A DNA stretch of 63,168 nt, counting the filler, from Platydemus manokwari (taxonomy: Eukaryota), in NCBI GenBank assembly GCA_037951405.1. It is 6 parts of 6 records of this genome, joined end to end, with 100 filler letters (N's around TTAATTAATTAA, not from the genome) between each part and the next. Parts side by side here need not be neighbours in the genome. Positions count along the whole stretch, not along the records: positions 54,161 to 63,168 come from JBBMOY011314872.1; 5 more parts are not named here. The stretch is one strand, 5' to 3'. Below the pieces are notes generated by a model, which saw nothing but the letters and a program-made list of their open reading frames with translations, had not been told where the DNA came from and did no database searches. Below are positions 55,399 through 63,168 of the stretch, in pieces (the first letter of the stretch is position 1; each line of letters opens with the position of its first letter). Position numbers and translations under genes: made by a program.

Positions 55399-55518
55399 GT
55401 CTCCTTATAGACACATCACCAAGTCTCCCGATAGACGCATCACCAAGTCTCCTTATAGACACATCACCAAGTCTCTTGATAGACACATCACCAAGTCTCC
55501 TTATAGACACATCACTAA
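55399..55518 (+). repeat. 5 x 24-bp tandem repeat in the retrotransposon leader
   Basis: Unit GTCTCCTTATAGACACATCACCAA at 55399, 55423, 55447, 55471 and 55495. Confidence 0.95.
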
Positions 55519-56384
55519 ATAGACTAGTCGCAGCCACACATCGTCAGACCTCCATTCAAGTTCGTTAACGTTTTTAGACATTCGAGATTGTCAAGCCAGT
55601 TGGATATCATCACCATCGCCTATTTGTGATACAGTCGTCAATATTAGAAATTAATCAACGCAGAACCAGTCAACAACTATTCTTGTGTTCCTGATATTTG
55701 TATATTCATAGACAGTGTTCCGTCGACTACAGTGTCGTCGTCGTTCCTTCAACACGTTTCAAGGATTTCGATACTATTATTGCTACCGACCTTTGAAGTG
55801 ATAGATAGTGGAATATTAAAACCGTTTTGTTAACAGTGTTAGTCAATAGTCATATCAAACTGTGACCTTACTTATCATAACTTAATTTATTAATCAATAA
55901 CAGTGTTTAAAGATTTAATTATTTTAGTGTGTAGTATTTGTATTTTTTCTACAGATCAAGGAAAAGTGTGAATTGCTTTAATTTTGTTTGAAAGATTTAA
56001 TAGTTTCATTCACTTTTAGAACTTGGTATATAATTTGTGTTGTGTATAAATGTAGAAGTATTGATATTGCAATGAAATATATATAATTATAGGTTAAATT
56101 GAAGTGAAATTTTTATAGACTATATTTGTTGTTTTGATTTTCTGTTTGAATTACTAATCAATGATATTAACAAACTAATTTTTTTTTTAATACTCGACCG
56201 TCTGCAAGCTTTTTATTTTTCAACTGCATGCTGCTTTTTGCTTTCTTTCTTTATAGCTTTGATTTAAAATAATTGTCTGCTCCACAGGAAATATTTATAT
56301 AGATTGCTATTGCTTTTTCCTATTAGTTTAGTGATTTTTATTAACATACAGTAAAGATACTCAGTATACGTGTTAGTTATAGAA

Positions 56385-57401
56385 ATGAAGAAGGGGAACA
56401 AGAACCAAAGAGAAACAAAAGAAGTAGGCGTAGATCCAATTGATACAGATAGTAATACTAACGAGTCGCAACACCAGGATTCTGTAAGAGATAAAACTGT
56501 TTTACCAGCAACTGACGTAGGCACACTAAAAGGAGATATGCAAACTAATGAATCAACAGCCGCATTCGCTGTTGTAGAAAAGGTAGGAGCACTTATTTCA
56601 CAATTAGAAATAACTAACAGATACCAAGGTGTTGCAGCCTCAGTTACACCTTATGCGGGAACATCCAAAGAATTTAAGGGATGGATAAAGCAGATAGAAA
56701 CGTTTTGCTTGATTCACTCTATTCCCCAAAAGGACATAAGAAATTTAGCACTACACACTTGTAGAAATTCAGTGGCTAATTTTTTGAGACGACGAATAGA
56801 AACCAACGCAAATGAAACGTGGGAAGAAACAAAATCTGAACTTGGGAAAAGATTTGCAGAAACAGGAGGTGCACAGCGGGCATTTATGAACCTGAAAAAT
56901 ATGAAGCAGGAAAGAGAAGAATCAATACAAGATTTTGGAGATAGATTATATAATGTTGCAGATGACGCTTTGGAAGGAAGGACAGAGGAAAGTGCGTTCT
57001 TTGAAATGCAATTGACAGCAACTTTTATTGACGGGTTAAGGGACAATTCACTGAAACTTCATCTAATGCGACAAAATCCGACTAAGCTTGATCAAGCAAT
57101 CAACTTGGCGAGAACAGAACAAAATTTACGAAGTAGGATAGAAATGCAACACGAATCTAGAAGCCACATGGGACAAAGATCAGGGCAAAGAGACACTTTT
57201 CATTCTCAACCAGATGGGAGATACGAAAGAAGAAGGGATAATGATAATAGGTTATATACCTTTAAAGAAACAAGAATGTGCTATAATTGTCAGCAAATGG
57301 GACACATAGCAAGGTTTTGTAGACAACCTAACAGAGATCAGAGAGATTTTGGTAAATACGACCGAAGACAAATGTCACAGAGAACACAACATTTAAACTA
57401 G
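56385..57401 (+). CDS. gag: Gag
   Basis: Capsid-like YAG...FKGWI, MHR-like MKQEREESIQDFGDRL and FIDGLRD. CCHC knuckle CYNCQQMGHIARFC. First ATG at 56385. Confidence 0.92.
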   Translation: MKKGNKNQRETKEVGVDPIDTDSNTNESQHQDSVRDKTVLPATDVGTLKGDMQTNESTAAFAVVEKVGALISQLEITNRYQGVAASVTPYAGTSKEFKGWIKQIETFCLIHSIPQKDIRNLALHTCRNSVANFLRRRIETNANETWEETKSELGKRFAETGGAQRAFMNLKNMKQEREESIQDFGDRLYNVADDALEGRTEESAFFEMQLTATFIDGLRDNSLKLHLMRQNPTKLDQAINLARTEQNLRSRIEMQHESRSHMGQRSGQRDTFHSQPDGRYERRRDNDNRLYTFKETRMCYNCQQMGHIARFCRQPNRDQRDFGKYDRRQMSQRTQHLN

Positions 57402-57454
57402 TATGTCACCCTCAAGGAAAGGCCGTTCAGGGTGATCATCCAACTAAAAGGCCT
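57392..57454 (+). promoter_or_regulatory. -1 programmed ribosomal frameshift signal (slippery heptamer plus predicted pseudoknot)
   Basis: T-TTA-AAC at 57392-57398 sits just before the gag TAG. Pol is in the -1 frame and open from there. Predicted stems are TCACCCT/AGGGTGA and AGGCC/GGCCT. Confidence 0.8.
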
Positions 57455-60400
57455 CAACTCAGAAAGACAAAGGAAGAAGATATTAAAGACCCCAGCTCTT
57501 GTATTGTCAGAATAGAAGGAGTAAAGTTTAGAACACTGTTGGATAGCGGAGCAAATGTCTCAGTTATGAGCTACAATGCATTTAGGTTACTTAAGAAAAA
57601 GATCCATCTATGGAGAGACATCAGTGAAATTGAATCTGTCACAGGGACAAAGTTACAAATAATAGGAAATTGTAATCTATCAATGAGAATCGGACGATGC
57701 AATACTATTCATACTTTTACTGTTGTAAGAAATATCAGTAGACCTTGCATCTTGGGGAGAGATTTTCTAAACAAGGAAAAAATAATTTTGGACTTTAGTC
57801 TTAAGAGACTGAAGATACAAAATGAGTATATTCCTTTAGAAAATGACTGGGAAATAGCTAGCTTGATTAGAAGCAAAAATACTCAGGTTCTTAAACCTAA
57901 TAATATACACATTATTCAGGCAAGACTAAAAGCAAGACATTACTTTACTCCTGGACAACATGTTAAGACTACAGAGTTAACTAAATCTCTTATAATGGAG
58001 GAACCACATCTGCAAATTATTGATGGAATTGTAGAGTTGGGACACAAATTAGATTTTCCTTTGTTAATAGTGAACAATTCTGGTAGAACAATCAAACTAA
58101 AACGGGGGTGCATAGTAGGTCAAATTGACGATACTCACAACAATAATACACTGAAAGAAAGAGGGCATTGCCAGTCGTATAGAAAAGTAATGGTAGACAA
58201 ATTTCCACCAGTGTTTAGAGATATCAGACACGACGGAAGTTATAATATGAGCCTTTGCGCTATAAATAGACACCGAAGCGGATTTAATCAATATGATAAT
58301 AACTTTAGGCAACCATCAAATTATACAGCTGAGAGTACAGTTAACTACCAGGGCAGAGATAATGAGAGATACAACTTCAACAATAGGTCTGATAACGTGC
58401 ATGTTATCCCTCACAGTAGGTACAGAAATGGCCACCCCGAGACGCTGGTTAAAGATGGGTTATGTCTTCCCAAATATTGTGTTAACAATAGACCAGACGA
58501 TCATAGGACGCCAGATAGACTCTGTGCAAGCAGAAACAATATGGAAAACTTTGACAATTCCAGGGATTTAAAACACTTAAAATTAACAGATGACAGAAAA
58601 AAGGAGTTGCTGACTCAGATACAGACAGACCAGGAGAATAGAAGTGTTATAGAAAAACTGATATTGAAGAATCAAGATGTCTTTGCACTAAGTGATTTTG
58701 AAGTGACTGTTACTGACACTGTACAAATGAAAATAGATACAAGTGGCGCTACACCTGTAAATTTAAGACCTTACAGAGCCGCTCTTTCTGACCGCAAGAT
58801 AATTGAACAGGCTATAGATCAGATGTTGAAAGATGGTATTATTCAAAGATCAAAATCCGAATGGTGTTCTCCAATAGTCCTAGTCACCAAGAAGGATGGA
58901 ACTCATAGATTCTGTTGCGATTATAGGGCATTAAACAAAATAACAAAGACAATCTCTTGCCCAATGCCAGTTATCGATGACATCCTAGGAACACTGAAAA
59001 ATTCAAAGTTCTATACTTCTCTAGATTGTCGTAGTGGTTACTGGGCAATAAGACTTGAAGAAGATTCCATTGAGAAAACAACATTTGGTACTCATGTGGG
59101 TAGTTTTGCCTTTAAAAGGATGCCTTACGGGCTTAAAAATGGACCATCTATGTATGTGCACTTGATGAACGAAGTTTTAGCAGGGATGCAAACATTTGCA
59201 CATGCTTACATTGATGATATCTTGATTTTCACATCAGGAGATGTAGAAGATCATTTAAAACACGTAGAGTTGGTGTTCAATAGACTAAGAGAGCATAATC
59301 TAAAACTAAAGTTAAACAAATGTGAATTTCTAAAAACGGAGATAAAATATTTAGGATTTGTTGTAAATGGACTAGGTATTCAGCCTGATAGTGATAAGAT
59401 AGATGCTATAAAGAAAATGTCTGCACCAACAAAAGTTAGAGAGGTAAGAAGTTTCATAGGTATGTGTGGCTATTATAGAAGATTTGTACCAAACTTTTCT
59501 ACTATTGTTGAACCACTTGTTGAGCTAACCAGAAAATATGCAAGGTTCAAATGGACTGCTTTATGCCAAAAGGCTTTTGACAAATTGAAGAAAGAAATGT
59601 GTAGTGTACCTTTGCTAGCACATCCAGATCCTGATAGAGGATTGATTTTATATTGTGACGCATCAGACCAGGCAATTGGGGCTGTATTAGTTCAGCAATG
59701 TGTTGAAGGAGAAAAAGAGATTATCCCAGGAATTAAAACAGAGCACCCGATTTATTTCATTTCACATAAATTATCTAAGTCACAGCAGAACTGGTCAATA
59801 ATTCAGAAAGAAGCCTTTGCGATTGCATATGCACTTCAGAAATTACATTTTTATGTTCATAGAGCAAAATTGATAATAAGAACAGATCATAAACCACTTA
59901 TAGATATGTTGAACTCCCCAATTCAAAATAAGAAAATAGAACAGTGGTCTCTAAATCTTCAGGACTACGACGCTCGTATAGAATACATTCCAGGAACACA
60001 AAACACATGTGCTGATATGTTATCACGAATTAAACACGACTGCACAATAAGTAAAGAAGAAGATGCAGATTTAGTACTTGGCGACAAACATTTTCAAGTA
60101 AACATCATCAATACTAATAAGTTGAACAACATCAGTGATATAAACCAATCAGAGAACGAAAGTGATGTATCAGAAGACGAATACAAATTAGGGGAAGACT
60201 CGCATGTTAGATCAGAGCAAGAAAAAGATAAGGATGTATTGTTAATCATAAAAGGATTAGAAAACGGAGAGCAAAAGAAAGAGTGGAGAAACTATAGATT
60301 GGAAGGAGAGCATAACGTTTTGTGTTATGTGTCAGACAAGGAAGAAGAATTACATGTTAGGGTTTGTGTGCCTATGCACATGAGACAACAAGTGTTAGAA

Positions 60401-61690
60401 GCTTTTCATGACAAAAATGGACATGTAGGTAGAGATAAGTTAGCTGACGTCATACGTATTAGATATTATTGGCCAAGGTTACTTTATGATGTATATGATC
60501 ATGTGACTAAATGTAGAACATGTAAACTCAGAAATATGCAGGCAATAAAATGCCCACCTCAGGAAACAATTAAACAATATTATCCATTCCAAAAACTTTC
60601 GATAGATGTTGTAGGACCTTATCCAACTACGGAATCAGGCAACAGGTATTTAATACATTTCACGGATTGTTATTCTAGATGGCCTGAAAGTTTTCCCACT
60701 CCTGACAAGTGCTCAGACACTATAGTTAGACTTTTATTGGAAGAAATTATTCCTAGATACAGCTGTCCTTTACAAATTCTTACTGATAATGGATCAGAAT
60801 TTACTAGTGCATCTTTTGAAGATACTCTCAAGGAGTTGAACATTAAACATGTTAAAACCACAATCTATAATGCAAAAGCAAATGGATTAAATGAAAGACA
60901 ACATAGAACAATGAATGATATAATATCTAAATTAGTTTCTGGGTCTGAAAATAATTGGGATACTATGGTTAACCAAGCATTGTCAGCAATTAGAATAAAC
61001 AAAAATGAAGGCACACAATTCTCACCATTCTTTCTTGTATTTAGCAGACAACCAACTATGCCACTAGATAATATCTTAAAACCAAGACAGAAATACTCGG
61101 GAGAAGAACTTTATAAGATTAGTTTGCAAAACCAGCATATCATACAAAGACGAGTGTGGAGAAATTTGAGAAAAGCTGAAAATAGAGTTAAGAAAAACAC
61201 AAAACAAAATGAGGTTCAAATATTTGAAGTAGGACAAAGAGTGTTTTACAAAAAACATATCCGAAATTCTAAACTAGATAGTAAATGGTTAGATGGTTTT
61301 GTTATAATAGAAAAACGAGGCCCAGTAAATTATAAGATCAAACATCAAGTAACTAACAAAATTATTGATGCACATGTACAATACTTGAGACATGACAATC
61401 AATTATGGGCAGGACAGAAAGATAATCAAAATGATAGTGCAATTCGACCACGAAGAAAATGTACCTATGTTAGTTATGATGATGAAACATCGTCAACAAT
61501 AGAATACTTTCAAAGTGATGACCGAGTATTGAGGACAGAAATAGATAGTGACAATACTGACGACGATGTTAGAGGTAGCAGAGATGTATACACAGATGAC
61601 ATCTCAACTGACTCTAACAAAGAATCAGATGCATCTGATGCTCCTTATAGAAATACTAGATCAGCCAAAGTTAACATAAAAACAATATAA
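57392..61690 (+). CDS. pol: Pol polyprotein (protease, RT, RNase H, integrase), expressed as a Gag-Pol fusion
   Basis: Protease LLDSGA. RT SPIVLVTKK..RFCCDYRALN, MPYGLKNGP and YIDD. RNase H CDAS..KEAFA..RTDHKPL. Integrase HHCC, IDVVGP, TDNGSEF, NGLNER and a GPY/F-like GPVNY. No stops. Confidence 0.96.
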   Translation, partial: FKLVCHPQGKAVQGDHPTKRPQLRKTKEEDIKDPSSCIVRIEGVKFRTLLDSGANVSVMSYNAFRLLKKKIHLWRDISEIESVTGTKLQIIGNCNLSMRIGRCNTIHTFTVVRNISRPCILGRDFLNKEKIILDFSLKRLKIQNEYIPLENDWEIASLIRSKNTQVLKPNNIHIIQARLKARHYFTPGQHVKTTELTKSLIMEEPHLQIIDGIVELGHKLDFPLLIVNNSGRTIKLKRGCIVGQIDDTHNNNTLKERGHCQSYRKVMVDKFPPVFRDIRHDGSYNMSLCAINRHRSGFNQYDNNFRQPSNYTAESTVNYQGRDNERYNFNNRSDNVHVIPHSRYRNGHPETLVKDGLCLPKYCVNNRPDDHRTPDRLCASRNNMENFDNSRDLKHLKLTDDRKKELLTQIQTDQENRSVIEKLILKNQDVFALSDFEVTVTDTVQMKIDTSGATPVNLRPYRAALSDRKIIEQAIDQMLKDGIIQRSKSEWCSPIVLVTKKDGTHRFCCDYRALNKITKTISCPMPVIDDILGTLKNSKFYTSLDCRSGYWAIRLEEDSIEKTTFGTHVGSFAFKRMPYGLKNGPSMYVHLMNEVLAGMQTFAHAYIDDILIFTSGDVEDHLKHVELVFNRLREHNLKLKLNKCEFLKTEIKYLGFVVNGLGIQPDSDKIDAIKKMSAPTKVREVRSFIGMCGYYRRFVPNFSTIVEPLVELTRKYARFKWTALCQKAFDKLKKEMCSVPLLAHPDPDRGLILYCDASDQAIGAVLVQQCVEGEKEIIPGIKTEHPIYFISHKLSKSQQNWSIIQKEAFAIAYALQKLHFYVHRAKLIIRTDHKPLIDMLNSPIQNKKIEQWSLNLQDYDARIEYIPGTQNTCADMLSRIKHDCTISKEEDADLVLGDKHFQVNIINTNKLNNISDINQSENESDVSEDEYKLGEDSHVRSEQEKDKDVLLIIKGLENGEQKKEWRNYRLEGEHNVLCYVSDKEEELHVRVCVPMHMRQQVLEAFHDKNGHVGRDKLADVIRIRYYWPRLLYDVYDHVTKCRTCKLRNMQAIKCPPQETIKQYYPFQKLSIDVVGPYPTTESGNRYLIHFTDCYSRWPESFPTPDKCSDTIVRLLLEEIIPRYSCPLQILTDNGSEFTSASFEDTLKELNIKHVKTTIYNAKANGLNERQHRTMNDIISKLVSGSENNWDTMVNQALSAIRINKNEGTQFSPFFLVFSRQPTMPLDNILKPRQKYSGEELYKISLQNQHIIQRRVWRNLRKAENRVKKNTKQNEVQIFEVGQRVFYKKHIRNSKLDSKWLDGFVIIEKRGPVNYKIKHQVTNKIIDAHVQYLRHDNQLWAGQKDNQNDSAIRPRRKCTYVSYDDETSSTIEYFQSDDRVLRTEIDSDNTDDDVRGSRDVYTDDISTDSNKESDASDAPYRNTRSAKVNIKTI

Positions 61691-63168
61691 TATTTTTTGA
61701 CAGTCAGATGGACCAAGAAAAAAAAACAATTTGTAGAAAGCTGTCATAAACTAAACTCTAGAAATAAAATATGGAATTATGGCCTGAGTGAAAATAAGAC
61801 TAATAACATATTAAGATAAATATAAATAATAATAATAGTAATGATAATAATAATTAATAAGAATAATATTTATCATACATCTAGTTAATATGGTACTTTT
61901 AAAACATGATATTTGTGTTGATGATTATTTTTTTGCCTGATAAGGTTATGATTTATCGTGGGAAAGTGATGACTAAAATCCCAACGCATTGATGTATTAT
62001 TTGAAAGTACAGTAGTTTTGTTGTTGAAAGTAATTGTGGAGACAGATTTGCACCGGAGATATCCAAAACAGTGTATTTTGAAGATTTATTTGCGAAATGC
62101 TGTTAATTAACAAAGAATGGACTTGATTATTAAGTAAGACTATTATGGACACATAACGATGAATTACTATTATATTGTTTTCAAAAGTAATACTTTGGAA
62201 AAATTATGGATTTATGTTTGTATCAATTTTTTTTCGCACCTGAGATTTATAATAGCCACATGTGCTCAACAGAGTGTGATTTGTCTTGTCTTGTTAACAC
62301 GTGTTTTGTTTTTATGTGGTACCACATTTTTTTTTCAACTGGCATATAATGTAAATATAATATTTTCTTTAACATGTTTCATATATTGGGTTGCAATGCC
62401 GTACTGTGCATTGTTTAAGACAAATGACATTTTTTAGCACTCATATATTACATTATTTTAAAGAGCACTCGCATGTGTAGTAATTGTCGTTTAGGATTGG
62501 GCAATAATAAATGTACGTATATAATAAATGAATCAATATTTTTCACATAATTATGTCTTTAAATAGGTACTAAGGGGATATCACTCATTATTGCATTAAT
62601 TTTGCATCATATATTGGCGTAATCTTTGTTTTCGTGTTGTCGGGTGGTTATATCATTGTGAGGTTAGTTGATGAATGAAAGATAGAATCAGTATAGTGTC
62701 TTATGCAGTAATATTATTTACAAATATTGCAGATGATGGCCACATCTGTAAACGTGAATTTTATCATTGCATAATACATGACACACTAGATTCTTGTGAA
62801 CATGATGTTGCGATAATACTGATTGGTGTGGTAAAAGATTTTATCACATATTATGCAAACTCGTTTTAAATATAGTATGTTGTATTTACAATTGATTAAT
62901 TTTTTTAAATGATCAATATATGCAAACGTATATGTAATATGAATTATAATGATTTGTGAGTTAAATTATGTAATTATTTTTTCCCTATAACCAGAAGATT
63001 TATATTCCTACAATTTTATCTCGCATTGCTTGTTTTCTCTCAATGGTCTTTATAAATGCTTAACTTTCATGGGTCATTCTTGCGCGCAGACCACACTCAC
63101 TATCTTTGCGAATTATTTCTATGCTCTGATTGACATTTTTTTCAGGTATCAAACGACACAGATTGTTA

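Larger units (their letters stand above)
54161..63168 (+). mobile_element. Intact Ty3/Gypsy LTR retrotransposon, assembled as a single-LTR circular permutation (8931-bp unit)
   Basis: Order is PPT, LTR, PBS, long leader, gag, pol (PR-RT-RH-IN), 3' region. The first 77 bp (54161-54237) are identical to the last 77 bp (63092-63168). Confidence 0.93.

Noticed and set aside
55399-55518. 24-bp repeats beside a reverse transcriptase, suggesting a CRISPR/DGR-like array
   Set aside because: No spacers and no template/variable pair. The RT is a standard Gypsy pol.
56714-61258. Short antisense or alternate-frame ORFs within gag-pol, and similar ones in GABPA, PKN and the ankyrin gene
   Set aside because: Shadow ORFs of real coding sequence with no motifs.

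Overview
This is very AT-rich animal (metazoan) genomic DNA with short GT-AG introns (mostly 38-80 nt, a few of 0.3-4 kb). It consists of six contigs joined by artificial 100-bp linkers (44N-TTAATTAATTAA-44N), so neighbouring segments need not be linked. Host genes rebuilt by hand-splicing are: a GABPA/Ets97D-like ETS factor (complete, 7 exons), PSMD13/Rpn9 (complete, 3 exons), the 5' part of beta-heavy spectrin (9 exons), the 5' part of protein kinase N (HR1 domains), the first coding exon of a KCNMB-like BK-channel beta subunit, an intronless ankyrin-like orphan, and two small orphan models. The last contig is one intact Ty3/Gypsy LTR retrotransposon assembled as a terminally redundant, single-LTR circle (77-bp end overlap; order PPT-LTR-PBS-leader-gag-pol). 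It has a -1 frameshift signal with a predicted pseudoknot, a dUTPase-like segment plus a low-complexity insert between protease and RT, and a 24-bp tandem array in its leader. Decayed Gypsy relics and an RLE-type non-LTR relic fill contigs 2-3. I found no CRISPR array, rRNA or tRNA gene, and no clearly new multi-gene system. The best leads are the retroelement architecture, a phased AGGTCA array, the KCNMB-like gene and the enlarged GABPA. All homology calls come from motif recognition by eye, not database searches.
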